Shown: positions 25,994 through 39,519 of the stretch, piece by piece
Numbering within the stretch: the first letter of the stretch is position 1
Layout of the letters: every line of letters starts with the position of its first letter
NCBI RefSeq assembly: GCF_008831285.2
Contig: NC_045138.2
Location: 40,548,001 to 40,612,000, forward strand
Source of the DNA: Nymphaea colorata
Lineage: Eukaryota
DNA length: 64,000 bases
Direction: 5' to 3'
Program-made: the position numbers and the translations under genes
The notes under the pieces: generated by a model
Database searches by the model: none
What the model saw: only the letters and a program-made list of their open reading frames with translations
Told to the model about the DNA's origin: nothing

Positions 25994-28900
25994 CTTCGAA
26001 TCTGCAGGTTCTCTTCGCTCCTCTCCTTCCTACCTTCCCGCTACATCTGGTTCGATATTCGGAGTCTGGAAGCGTCAAGCAGAAACTCTTACTCTCAATT
26101 CTACACCGGCGCAACCATGTCTGCCGAAGTAAGGGGCGGCGCGTTTGAGAAGTGGAGTGACGAAGCGCGAAGCGACAGCGTAGAGCAGATTTTCCAAAAT
26201 AGACCTACAAATTTGAAGATAACATAATCGCTCGTAAAATTTAAGAAATATTATTGAAAACCTTTCAAAAAATTCGACAAGTAACCATGAACAAAAAGCA
26301 CATGGCAATGTCATCCTCATTTCCCAAATGTCATTGCTACACTTTGAAGGGAGACGTTTTTTTCGGGTATTTTTTTTAGAAAGGTTGTTTTTCCCATGAA
26401 AATGTTGAGAAAATTAAAAAAACCTACAAATTATTGACAAATGGTTACATTTATGTTTAAAAAGAAGAGAAAAAGGAAAATTGGGCAAATGTGAAAAATG
26501 TGATAAATTTATCTTCCGTTCTTGCAAAGAAAATTGCTGTTTAGCTTTTTTTTTTCTGTTTTTATCTTTTTTTAGTTAATATTACGATATTTTAAAAGTA
26601 TAATCAAGCTCACTAAATGTCCTGGTTCTTGAAAGTTTTTTTGAATGTAAAGGATCCTTGTCCTAGTGGCACTTAACCAGCTTTATTTAAATTAATAAAT
26701 TTGACCCAAATACTTTCAAGCCTATTGATTTGCATGTCCACTATTTTATATTAGCTCCTCTAATAACTGTCAACATTTTTAACGACATTTAAATTCATCA
26801 GTCATAATAGTTAAGTAATTCTTTGGGGGAGTAGACGTAATATATCTTTAGAAGTTCTTTCGTGACAAAATGGAACGTTATAATTGACAGCTGTATCAAC
26901 AATTTCAGAAATGGCAGAGCCTTCTGAAATTATGATGCAAGAGTTGGGACTCAAAACGAAAAATTTCCCTAACAAAGGCCGGCCAAGGCAAAAGGCCATA
27001 AACCGAGCTCCTGCTGAAAGGTGTTTTGGCGGGAGAGGCGGGCAAGGCTCGGCCTCCCCGCCGATTCCTTCTCCATTGCTTCTTCATGAATTCGTGCGCT
27101 TGCTTCTTGTTTCTAAATTCTTGTTGATTGCCGCCATTATCACCACCACCACCACCACTATCACCGTGTACTCGGCCTGTCCCTCTCTTTTCAAGCCTTT
27201 TTTGTGGTGCTCGGATCTAGCAAGCAACGATTGCTCTGAACGCATGGCTCCTCCGAGTGCACCAAAATTTCAGCCCTCCTGGTAAGTGGAAGCTCTCGTT
27301 TTCTAAAGTTTCCGTTTCGTTCGTAACTAATCCCGAGGTTCTTAACTTCTTGCTACCTCTCCGTTTTCTTTCATTCTTTGGTTTTCCTTTTTTTTTTGTG
27401 TCTTTATTTTTCTCCAGGGAACTTGTGGTTTCCTCATTTGGTATTTCTTCGAATTGAATACGAGTAGCTAACATGATCTGCCTTGTACATTGATCTAAGA
27501 TCTTCACCTTCATTTTGAGCTGCTCTATTTAAGACCAGCAGATGATGGCTATCTTAGACAATTTTCACATTGGTGATTCATTTGGTGGTTGGATCTGTTA
27601 TTATTTTATGGAAGGATTTTCGTTCTTTCAATGTCTCCTTTATCTTCTCTTTTTGATTTTCTGGCTATCTCTTCTTTATTTCATCTTATCTGGATTCAAG
27701 AGGGTTTTTTCAACAGCCTGATTTGTTCGCACAGGGTTTATATACAGGATGTAAAAATCTCCAATTTTTTGTAAATAAAGGTTTGGGGGCCTAACCCCCT
27801 AGCAGTCGTTCTCCGGTAGTGCAAGGGAAAAGAGAAAAACCTTGATCAAGATTAGGGCTAATCAAAGCATGCTTGCTTGCAAGAAAAGGAGAGGGACAGT
27901 GAGAAAAGTGATAAAACACAAAAGAGGGAGGGAGGGGGTGGGAAAGAGGGGAGAATCAAGATCTCCGGGGATCTTGCAGAGTTCGAATGTTGCTAAGGAA
28001 TGAGGCCGACTGATAGTATATGTATGCAGGAACCTAGATTGAAAGAAAGATTGGGAAGCTGGTAGTGCCCCTAAGCATGTACAAACTACGCAGTTAAGCT
28101 ATGTTGGAGATGCATTCCATGGTTACTGGAGCAAGGCATCAAGACAAGAAAATGAAAAGTGAGGCAATGCATGACATGGCTGCTCAGTAAGTTTGTTCAG
28201 TTGGTGTCATTGGCCAAGCATAAAGTATGTTGCAATTTATGTATCATGATTTTGCTTGAAACTGTGTGGCTTGTGTGATTTTAATTCAAACACCTCATCC
28301 CATTCCCGGGGCTACTGAAATATGAGGACTAGAAAACGTAAAAACTTATTAGACCCACCTTTTAGTGGTTTTACTGTATCAGGTCATCTGACTCACAGGT
28401 TGTCACATTAAAGTTGCTTTTTCTAATGAAGTCTTAAAGAGGTAGAAAAATGTAGTTTTGATGTGGCAACCGGCAACATACGTATTGTTGATCTAATCTG
28501 GTCGAATGATTTACAGACGACGTGGTTCCGCAGCAGTTATTGTGCTTCTTGGTTTTTTATATACCAAAGCAGCGTCTCAATGGCAACTAGACAAACTTAG
28601 CTGAACCACAATGTGATGCATTGCCGTGTACGTCTTCTTTTATGCTATCGTGAGTAACCATGTCAGAATCTGGTCTTTTCTCTTCTTAAACATGGTTTAC
28701 CTGTTCATTCTTTTAAGAATGCTAAGCCATGGCCAACAACTTCATTTGGATGAGTAACGGCCTAATGTCCTACATTTTGCAGAACATGCACAACTAGTTT
28801 GCAGTGTTGCTTGTAACTATTGTCTGCCACTATGCGAATGCGATGCAGAGAAAGCAAGAAGACTTTTTGAGGGGAAGCAGCGCCAGTTATTCCCCAAACT

Positions 28901-29319
28901 TGAAGTCTTCAACATCTGTTGGCACTATTTATCAATATGGACTTGCCCAAAGAAATTTTTTCCCCATGCTGGAATCTCGTGTAGGCAAGAACGTTTCACA
29001 CTTTTTTGTGCAAAACTTGGTTAACAGAGGAATTTGGAAGATATTAGATAAGACCTTGGATGAAGCTTCAATTCTGCCAATTCTTTTTTGCTTTTCCTTG
29101 TGTTGCCGTAGGGCTTCGAAGCTGCAACTCTTTTCGATTTCATTTCTCCTCCCACAGCCCATTAATCAAGTTCGCTGGCCTTCGAAGGGTTCTCATTTTT
29201 CTTTGTAAAGCAAGCTCGGCAAATCTGGCTGCAAATTAATTGTTGAAAAATGCTTATTATTTTCTTAATTGTTCATACTTTTCTTCACTTGAAATACTCG
29301 AGTTGGAAGTCCTCAAGTG

Positions 29320-29476
29320 CAGGGGCGAAGCCAGGATTTTTTTCAGGGGCGAGCCAAGAAAAGCAACGAGTCGGGCCAAATTAAAAAAAATTGATTTTTT
29401 CAATATACAAAAAAACCTACGCTCACCTAAGCCATGGCCCAGACGGCCTCCCGGCTCCCCCCTCCCTCCGCCCCTA
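29320..29476. mobile_element. hAT-type MITE, 157 bp
   Basis: Perfect 8-bp TSD CTCAAGTG (29312-29319 and 29477-29484); TIR CAGGGGCGAAG / CTCCGCCCCTA. Confidence 0.9.
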
Positions 29477-30285
29477 CTCAAGTGGGTTGGTGCAACGGTC
29501 AGGGTAGAAACTAATAGGCGGTCATTTCTCGTATCGAATTTATGGAGTATCAACTCTCTGTGCTGCAAAAAAGGGTGTCATTGACACGTAAGTTGAAGTA
29601 AAGCATACCCTATAGTGACAATGAGTTGAGTGAGAGTTCCGGCTTTCTTGTTTTGCAATAGAATTAAATACTCCTCATACTCACCTAAAAATAATTAGAA
29701 ACATTAGTATATGTAATGTTCACTTAAAGAGAAATTTGATCAACTACCTTTTTTCCGGTGGTCCTGTTCGCCAATGTTTGCCGTGATCTGTTGGTTCTTA
29801 GAAAGATTCTTTACATTTGTTGGCAGCGTGTAGCACTTGGCATCATTTATTGGAGCGGGTGGTCAAAATTGATTCATCCCCGGTGCATGGCAATATAAAC
29901 TGATTAAGAACTGAATTTGGATATGCTACATAGCTTCAGTTTTGAGTGAGAGTCTAAACTTTAGATAAATCAAATATAAATGCTTATATAGTTGGGATAT
30001 TAGACTGTCTGGATTTTGGTTTTTGACTTCAAAAGAAAAACACATACACACCCACTTCAAGATTGAATTCAAAATGCAGAATCAATTTTGATCAAGTCAA
30101 CCACAAGTTAAAAAAATTTACATTTCTAGCCCTAAAAATATAACTTCCACTAGTTTTACTAGTGTTAGAGACAGCCAGTGAGGCTTCAATTTACATGTTC
30201 ACCGGGCTTAGGACGGTTGAATGAAGACAAGAATCAATAGTTGTATCCGTCTCATATAATGTTCCTGTTGCCAAACAACTTTTAA

Positions 30286-30435
30286 AGGGTCATTTGACTA
30301 CAGTAACACATTATTATTGTCCAATGAATTATCCCAAAAAATGGTCCTGATTCTATAGTGTCATAGATCTATGTTATTTTTTGAAACAGATTCATATATG
30401 ACAGCAACAATATTTTATTGTTATCAAACAACCAC
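30286..30435. mobile_element. Degenerate Tourist-like MITE
   Basis: gggtcatttgactacagtaa ... ttattgttatcaaacaacc ends; same architecture as the copies at 39.5 kb and 46.8 kb. Confidence 0.45.
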
Positions 30436-31247
30436 TGAAGTGATCTCTTTCTACCATTGTGGTTTTTAAGAAATTTTATTCAAACTTCACAATTCTTATA
30501 TGAGTTTGACCAAGTTAAATCCAACATAAGGTTCTTCCCCTAACTTTCCTTTAAATGCCAATAAGTAGGCAGGTCTGCGTGACAATTTAGCTAAAACCAA
30601 TTCAAATACTTCAATTGGTTGCCCTCATCCGCACTCGAGACATACAATTTATATGGAAATTAATATATTTCAAAATCTTATGCATATCAGATTATCTTCA
30701 CTTATTTTTATAATTTAAGCGACAAATCAAACTCATTTATGAGGACAGAACATGTGGACTGGATATAGATAAAGACCAGATGGCCTCATCATTACGACCC
30801 GCTTTGATCGGCATCGCATCTCCTGATTGCAAGGAAAAACGAGTGTTTATCACGAATTCAAAGGAAAATGTGGCGCTTAATTAGGTTTTTTCGAGTAAAA
30901 GGTCGGTTGGTATTAGAAATTTGGGAAGGAGACGCTATTTTGTTTACAGCTGGCGTTCCTAAAGCCTCTTACTTGACGCTAAAATGTGTTATTTGGTCAC
31001 AAATCATAGACGTCCAGGTGCCAAATTCTCCTTCCGCTCGGTCCCTCGTTGTAGAAAGAGAAAGAGGGAGAGGAAGAGACACCAGAGGGAGCCGGGAGAG
31101 AGGGGGGCGGAGCTGCCGGCGCGAGTGCGTTAGGGTTTTGTTCCTGTTTGGCTGTTGCTCGAACACAGAGTGGGGCGGTCGATGCTCCGTCCGCCATCGA
31201 CCCCTGTGCCTTCGCCTTCTTCTCCTCCTCTTCCTCTTTCTCATTAA

Positions 31248-31454
31248 ATGTGCGTCTGCACCCCCGCAGCTGCCACCATCACCACCATCATTGCTGCTTG
31301 TATCGCCACCGACTCAGCTACTAGCTTCCCTTTCATGTCTTCCTTGTGCTGCCGCCTTTGCACTGCCCCTTCCGGTGCTGCGCTTCTCTATGAAACCCTA
31401 GCTCACATACGATCCCAACACGAGAGCTTTCTGTATCTCCCTCTCCGGCAATGA
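31248..31454 (+). other. Upstream ORF (68 aa, or 39 aa from in-frame ATG 31335) whose TGA overlaps the UBP24 ATG
   Basis: CAA-TGA at 31449-31454 overlaps ATG 31451-31453. Translation and inclusion in the mRNA are unproven. Confidence 0.45.
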
Positions 31455-31815
31455 GTAATCCCAAGGTTGTTGGTCTTGCATCTTTGTTTGTTTTTTTCTT
31501 TTTTGTTGTTTGTCGGAATTTGTGTCTTCACTTGCTGATTTTCGGTTCCTACTATATTAAATCCTTGCTCGTTCTATTTGATTTTATTTTTGTGGTTATC
31601 TCTGGTACTCGTTTTTCGTGCTAGAAGGATGTTTCTACGGTTCGATTCATTTGATTAAAATTGTTCGGGAATTAGCGTTTGGAGTACAATGGTGTGTAGT
31701 TCTGGAATATGGAAAGATGAAGAGTCCGCCTTGTCGTGGAGGTTTAATTTTCTTTTGATGTCTATATCGGTGATCCGGGGAAATTGGGGATTCACGAGCG
31801 TTTTCTTTCCCTTTC

Positions 31816-31850
<35 letters not shown>

Positions 31851-34800
31851 CTTCCTTAAAAAAAATACAGAAATCAAAGAACTTGAGATTGCTGTTGGGA
31901 GCTTTCAATGATCAGCTGACTCGATACTTCTCTTTACCTTGTTCTCCCTTGGAAAAAAAAAAGGATCATTGAACTAATAAATTTGATTTGCGGATGGAAA
32001 CATTGTGGTGGATAAAAGTTTTAGTTGATATGATCTGCTCGGGCATTCTAATTCTTTTGATGGTTCTCAGATTGCCGTTTTGGTTATACCGATTCAACCC
32101 AGAAAGAAGAAGGGACGGCCCTCACCTGTTTTAGATATTTATAACTCCTTTATGTGGCAGTGATTACATAGTAGTTTCTTCGTGAAGTTTATGCAACATT
32201 TTTTAATTTGTTTGAGTGTGCTTGCCGCCTTGAACGTATGTCTTCTGATGGTCTTTATGCTTCAAGGTGCATAAAGTCTATAGATTGATGAGTCTATCTT
32301 TTTTTAGCAGGTTGTGGTGTTTGGATCATTCACTGAAGATGAAACAAGGTTGTTCCAGAAGGCTTTGGTTGGAAATCCTTCCGAGTCTGTGAAGAAGACT
32401 GACTTGCAATTTGGCTCATTGGACTATGCGGCAGTCGTTGGGAGCTACAGTGCCAAACAGCCGAGCCAAGCAAATGGTTCTAAAATATGTGAACCAGTAA
32501 AACCACTTTCTGAGAATGGGCTACCAACTAGTCACAAAGCTAAGTCCACGGATGGCATACAGAGAGTATCTGCAAATACAAAATCAGTTGTCGCTTCTCC
32601 TCATTTCAGTCATGTTAATACTGGCACTGAAGCAGCTAAGAAGGTCGCTGCTGGAATTAGATCGGTGTCTGGGTCACTACAAAATGGATCAGGTACCTTA
32701 AAGCCATCAACGGGGCAGCTGCCTGAGAAGGATGCCCGTTCTGTTGGGAGCCCTGATGGGGCAGCCAAACATTTATGCGTAGAAAATTCCACTAGTACTT
32801 TGGCCCACATTTTGGATGTTCAAACGAATGTCAAAGGAGGTTCCGATGCTAAGCCTGTCATTTCAGACAAACCAGAGACAGTTTCTGCTTCCTTGCAGAA
32901 GTTGAATATCGGGTTGGGCGTGGAAAATAGTGGTTCTCAAATTTCTCATCTATCTGATGTTCATGGAGATGGCAGTATGTTTGTTTCAGGAGTTCTTCAG
33001 AAGCCAAAGTCTGAGGACCACCATGGTAATAGTGGGGGTAGTTCTCCACACGTCCCTGAGGATGGAACACCAAAATATGGAAGCAGCACAATCACTGGTG
33101 ATATCATTTGCAGTAATTCCTTTGTTCACTCGTCAAACGGTCCGACTTCAGGAAAGGATGTAAACAATGCATCAAATGGGATAGAGACATCTGTCAAATA
33201 TGTGCAACCAAGAGGCTTAATAAACTTGGGCAATCTGTGCTTTCTTAATGCAACTCTTCAAGCACTTCTTTCGTGTTCACTTTTTGTTCAGCTTTTACAG
33301 AAACTTATTGTTCGTGATATCCCCAAGGTCAGCACTTTAAATGAGAATTTCTTTTTTGTAATTTTGGGTGAGAATTCATGAATAATATTTTTTTCTCTTT
33401 TTTCCTTTTTAACGTTAGACGGGATACCCAACATTACATGCGTTTACTGAGCTCATTTCTGAGTTTGAAGCATCAAGGGATTTGAGTGCAAGAAAGAATG
33501 CAAGTGCTGTTGTTGAGGTTGGAAAGCCATTTAGTCCTGTGATGTTTGAATCTGTCTTAAAGAAGTTCACTCCAGATTTGCCTGCAAGCATATCAGGGAG
33601 GCCAAGGTACCTTATGCTGGTTAAGTTCTCTTGTCTGATTACAATTAAAATGCCAGAGGATTCAGTCTTTTTTGTCTTGAGTAGTACAAAATTGGTGGAA
33701 TTGCTTACAGATTATCAGTCACTGATGATGATTATGAATCTTAGTCTGCCTATTCTAATTGGAGAAGTATATGTGCTTGTGCCAGTAACAAGTTGTAATT
33801 TGAATCCATGTGCAGGCAAGAAGATGCTCAGGAGTTCTTAAGTTTCGTGATGGACCAGATGCATGATGAGTTATTAAAACTGGAAGGTCACCTGTCATTT
33901 TCGGATGGGGGAAGGTCATCATTGGTTTCTTCTGCTGAAGATGATGACTGGGAAACTGTTGGACCAAAAAATAAGACTGCAGTGACCAGAACTCAAAGTT
34001 TTGTGCCATCTGAGTTGAGTGATATATTTGGAGGGCAGCTACGAAGTGTTGTTAAAGCAAGAGGTTTGTTAATGTGTGATGCTTATATGAGTCCCTAGTT
34101 GTAGGTTGTAGGTACTTATGCTTCTTCTGTCTGTGGTGCTTACATAGAGACATATTTATACTTTATACACTTTGCACTTTTTTCTTATAAGGAAAAAAAT
34201 TTCGCCATGCATATGTGCATGTGCATGCATTGAATAGATCAGCCAAGTGAACTGAAGAGCTAGTGGCGTGAACTTTACCATGAATCTTTCTAATACTAAA
34301 GGCTTTGTTTTTCATGTACATATATTGTTTCCGAAGATTAAAACCCTGTTGTTGTTGGACTTTTTTTTCTGACAGGCAATAAAGCATCAGCTACAGTGCA
34401 GCCATTCCTTCTGCTTCATTTGGATATATTTCCTGATGCTGTTCATACAATTGAGGATGCACTCCGGCTGTTTTCTGCGCCAGAAACACTTGAAGGCTAC
34501 AGAGCATCAACAGGAAAGGTATTTGAATCTTGGCAAAACCCGGCGCCAGTAATTGGACCAAGAGAGCAAAATTGGTGAATGAAAGATATTCTTTGAAAAT
34601 GGGCAGGTCTTCTGTTGTGCTTTACAGTTTAGCGACCGAGTCTAACATATCAGTGTGGTACATAATTGCATGACTGTTCTATTAAAAAGAACAAGGTGTA
34701 GACGACGTGGTGATTGTGGTTAAAGATTACTACAAGTAGCATTGCATTCATATAATTCGTGTAGGTGTTACCAATAAGAAACAGTGTGCAAGCACTTTTT

Positions 34801-36737
34801 CTTGTTTGATATTGGGGAGAGTTTGTGGAAGGATGTCACTTGAGAATGAATTAAATTGGTAACAAAGAAGCTTGAGAATGAGGCAGAACAGAAATAAGAG
34901 CCAAAGCTTCTCCTTACCTAATGAATTTTCTATTATAAATCCAGTGAAGGTTTCGTAGAATCATAATGCGCCCTTCAATCCTATTTGCTATCAAACGCTT
35001 GATGTGGATCACCAAGTGTTTGACTCCATATTTCTGATGTTTTCAGTGGTATTTTCTTTGTCGTACTATGCCTGCAAAACTTGGAGTCATTGTATCTAGA
35101 TTTCAACAATTATTTGGTAAGAGTGTTATCCACTTAACAGTAGTCCTTTTATATTCTTTTGATCTCTGTGGAACAAACTGATGATTTTGTATTCTATATT
35201 TTTATGTACCGTGATGCAAGGTGAGCCAATTGCAACGGCACTTTTTATGGCAAAAATAGCTTTCCTGCTGAAATAGTTTTGGAATTGCTATATTCACACT
35301 GTATTTTGCTTCAGATGGCTACTTTCAAATTGAATTCCTGCTGTATTAATTATTGTTAAATGTTTTAAGTTTTAACAGATATTTTGAATCAGGATTTCAT
35401 GTATATGAGTCACCAAACCAATCACATGCCAGAAAATTGATCACCGCTATAGTCAATTAGTCATGTATGTAACTAACATATAAAGGTGGATGAACTTATA
35501 ACCATAGTTGGTTGCAACATTGAACAATTCACTACGCATAGAGCTTTCAAAACAGTGTTTTGCACACCCACATTGCCGTCATCATGTCCTTATCACGTGC
35601 ATTGGGAATTTTCATAAAGAAATATCTTTAATAGTGTGTTTTGGGAGCTTTCAGATACAAATACCTTTATTGGTCAGGCTCCTTATTGGAGTTTATTTCG
35701 AGCAAATTGAAGAATTTATAATGATATTTTTGCAAATTTTTAAAGAAAATCCCTATGAATTTGTGTTTCCAGCAAATAGGATGTTATCTTGGTAACAGCT
35801 GGCAGAATGACCATCGGTGCAGATCTTGATGGTAGTAGCAACTATGCAAATGAGAACTAGCTTGTTTATCAACTTCTGGCCCTCTAAGTTTCGTTGTCTG
35901 AAGGCACTTCTTTTCTAAAACTGTTATTGGTAGTGATCCACATATTCTCCTTGTGAGCTTTATCAGTTTTGTATGTATTCCTGTCCTGCTTCCTTCACTT
36001 TGTTGATTCCTACGATTGGTGTACCTTAGGCAGGCAAATTTGGACTTCAGAATGTAACCATTGTTGTTTCTGCTTGATGTGAAATAGATGGTCTTCAACT
36101 CAAAAAGTCGAGAATTGTTATTTTGTAGGCTTGGAGACAATTAACTTATGTTTCCATACTGTATCAACTAAGTTGCCTTATGAGCTCTGGTGTACTGATA
36201 GGCTAATATTATTGTGACCTGATTGATTTCAATCTTTCATCGCCTTGCTGCTTCTTGGTGCTGCTGTCATATAACTTTGTCTTTTATGATAACAGGCTGG
36301 AGTCGTCAGTGCCCAGAAGTCTGTGAAAATACAGACCCTGTCCAAGATTATGATTCTACATTTGATGCGGTTCAGCTATGGGAGCCTGGGAAGTACCAAA
36401 CTGCATAAACCTGTTAAATTCCCCCTAGAATTGGTTCTTGGGCGTGAGCTGCTTGTCTCATCTACGACAGAGGTCAGATTGCTCCGGGTTTTTGCTTCTT
36501 CTGTTTTTTCTGTAATAATTCTTAAATTAACACTATGGTGTTCTCCAGGGCAGGAGATATGAACTTGTTGCTACAATTACCCATATAGGGAGAGACCCAT
36601 CAAGAGGACATTATGTAGCTGATGCGAAGCATGTGGAAGGCAGATGGCTACGTTTTGATGATGCATCAGTCAGTGTCGTGGGTCAAAATGACGTGCTCCA
36701 TGATCAGGCTTACGTACTTTTTTATCAGCAGGTTTAG
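31451..36737 (+). CDS. UBP24: Ubiquitin carboxyl-terminal hydrolase 24 (USP10/Ubp3-like peptidase C19), 7 coding exons
   Basis: Exons 31451-31465 (MSNPK), 32311-33327, 33419-33606, 33816-34063, 34376-34518, 36296-36472 and 36549-36737 join in frame. N-terminal [10 protein letters not shown], Cys box [24 protein letters not shown], His box [19 protein letters not shown] and WLRFDD. Confidence 0.95.
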
Positions 36738-37240
36738 GTTTCTCCTGAGTTTCGCTGTAAAGTTTCACAACAACTTACTGTAGATATTGCCAGGGAAGTG
36801 GCTGTTGCCACCAATCGGTATCATGTTCATGGCTGAAGCGCCATATGTGAAGTTCCTTGACGAGAAGGGGTGGTTTTCAGCCATTTGTATTTTTGGTTTC
36901 ACATGAACTTTTCGCCATTTAACCAAGCTGTCGTGACCGACGGCTTTTATTGACTCCTGTAAATTTGTTGAGAAATTTGTGCACCATCTGTAGATATAGA
37001 GGCGACATGGCGTTTATGTAGAGTGGTTTATCTACGCATTCCTTGCCTGTAGTTGGACATACATGTGCCTGCATTCGCTTGACTGCCTTTTCGTTGCATG
37101 GTTAAGATAAAGAAAAAAAAATTACTATAAGTATGTGTGTACGTGGAGAACAGGAGGATCATGGGATTGAAAACAATGTAATGAGGACGAGGGAGAGAAA
37201 AAAGGGCGGGAGGGTTGTGGAAAGTGAAAAGAGGAGTGAG

Positions 37241-37419
37241 AAAAAGTGGTTTAAGCTGAAGTCTTCCATTCATCCCGGATGCACGGATGTGTGTGTGTAC
37301 ATCGTCTCACACACACATCCGATGCATCCGGGATGAATGGAAGAAAACCGCTCAAGCATATCTAAGGGATTCAAGGATCTGTCGTTCCGGGTTCGGAAGA
37401 TCAGCTTAAACCACTTTTT
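37241..37419. repeat. Nested inverted repeat (MITE-like foldback) downstream of UBP24
   Basis: Outer arms aaaaagtggtttaagctga (37241-37259) / tcagcttaaaccacttttt (37401-37419). Inner near-perfect hairpin at 37262-37344. Confidence 0.85.
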
Positions 37420-39519
37420 AATATATATATACATATATATGTATATATATAGAGAGAGAGAGAGAGAGAGTGAGTCTTGTGACAACTTTGCAGTGAGAGA
37501 GAGAAACTCATGACAACTTTGCCATGTCAATGTATTATGTTCTTTGTTTTATCATAAAGGGGTTTTAAGGTTGTGATACAACGTACCTGCTGAGCATCTC
37601 ACAGGAGAGGTAAAGGTGGTTGTATCAGGATCTAGACTCCCTACAATCTCTTTATATGACTTCGATTTCGAAGGACCAAACGTTTAGAAAGTGACAAAAA
37701 TTGTTTAAATATGAACTAGATATTGACATATTGAAACAGTTCAAACGACCTTCCTTGTCTCTGTTTTTTTTTTTTAATACTCGAAAAGGAAAGATATTTG
37801 ATTTGTTTCAAACATTAGCCAACAACGTTGAAGTTCACATACGCAGAGCAAGGAAGGTGGCAGTAATAATATCCAGTAACGATTCAGTTTGTGTCCTGAA
37901 CCAGGTCGAATCTGAAGGGACGCACATAATGGTATCGATGGTTTAGCGTCCGCTGCTGCACTTTCCTGCTTCTTGGAACGTAGAAATTGCTTTCAGCTAT
38001 GGAGTCGGATGTATTTGTTTAACATACCATACTTACCATCATCTTCAGGTGGAAAGCCTTTTGAAATCATCGAACTTTTATTCAGGCAGTAGTGCAGCAG
38101 ATCAGAATTGGGATTGATATTGCTATTATCAAGTCCGACCATTTGTACATTGCTTACTGAACTCTGTTTGGAATACTGAAAAGTTGTATCCAAGTTTTTT
38201 ATTTGATTATGCTCGTGAAAATTGGATATCCATCAGATTTGACAAGGGAAAAAAGTTACACTACATTCAGACCCAATTGATCGGATGTGAATTTTTCTTA
38301 TTGAGTCAAACTATTTGAGGTTTGGTTTCAAATCGAACTTTGTATTATAGACGAAGCATTGACATCCTTAACAAGTGTTGTTTGTAAGAAGAACACTAGA
38401 GTTCATTCTCAAAAGCAGAATTAAATTTGTTAGGCCTCGTAAGTCTCGTTGGTGTACATATTTTGTCACAGGTCACAGTGTGGTCTCATCTCTCGTGTGG
38501 CATCGATAAGTGGAAAACCTTTTTGCTCAGATTGCGTCTGTTATAAAACGAGGCAACAAAAGCTGCTGAGTTTAATGTTCCCAAAAAAACGGAAATATAA
38601 AAAATTTTAGAACATATTATGGAAGGTATCGGTTGCAATATCTATGGCTATTCCAGTTTTCATCAACAAGCAATCAAGTTCAATAGGAATATATCCGTTG
38701 TATTGTGTCCAATTTGCAGATGGTTCTACTGAAACTTATGAATAATGGAATTGTGAACCAGTGGCTTGGTAGGTAAAATTCATAGATTTAATTTACTTGA
38801 CTTTAGCGAACGACTGTGGAAGCAAAAAAGCAAATATCCCAAAAATAAACGTGTCTCCCTTTTGTATTGTTCTATTTCAGTAAGAAGAGGAAACGAACAG
38901 TCTCTTTATTCTTTCCTAACTAATGAAAAGAAGAAAATAAATTAATACGTAAAGCCCATTCCGTAAAGCACTATTTATTTGGTGAAAACTTGTTCACCAT
39001 TAGTTGTACTTGTTGTTCCTTGTCTGACTGCATCTTTCACTATTTGCATCAGGTTCTCTAGATTCAAAGTTTATATTTCTAAACTTCTATGCCCCAAGAT
39101 TCTAAGAGTTGACTTAAACATGTTCTTTAACGTGGATAATATTTTTTAACATGAAGTTTCAACAACTGAATTTTAAGATTCCAATAGAATCTGATTCATG
39201 GACCTTGAACAAAATGGAGAGCCAATTGATTCTTACATTATTTGGCATGCGAATCCCCACATACTTTATTTTATGCAAAAACACCCACAAATGTGTTTTA
39301 ACATCAATTCTCAAACCAAATCCGAACCACCTGCATCCATGCTTTAGAAATACTTGCTTTCTTTCAAGGGTGCTGCTCATATCTCTATTCATGTTTCTCA
39401 TACATACATCCGTACCTACAAACACAAACACAAACACATATTAGGGTTGGAAAGTGCCCAATCCAAATTGGAAGTATTGACATTTCTTCTTGTTCCGTCT
39501 TGTTCAGAAGTGACTTATA

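Noticed and set aside
25349..26227. Several plus-strand ORFs over the PPR 5' region
   Set aside because: Antisense shadows of a GC-rich coding sequence with no recognisable motifs.
30868..31401. 177-aa ORF upstream of UBP24
   Set aside because: Spans promoter GA/CT tracts; composition explains the open frame.
36789..36810. GCCAGGGAAGTGGCTGTTGC in the UBP24 3' UTR resembles a miR408 complementary site
   Set aside because: Mismatches at the cleavage position and in the miRNA 5' region; likely chance.
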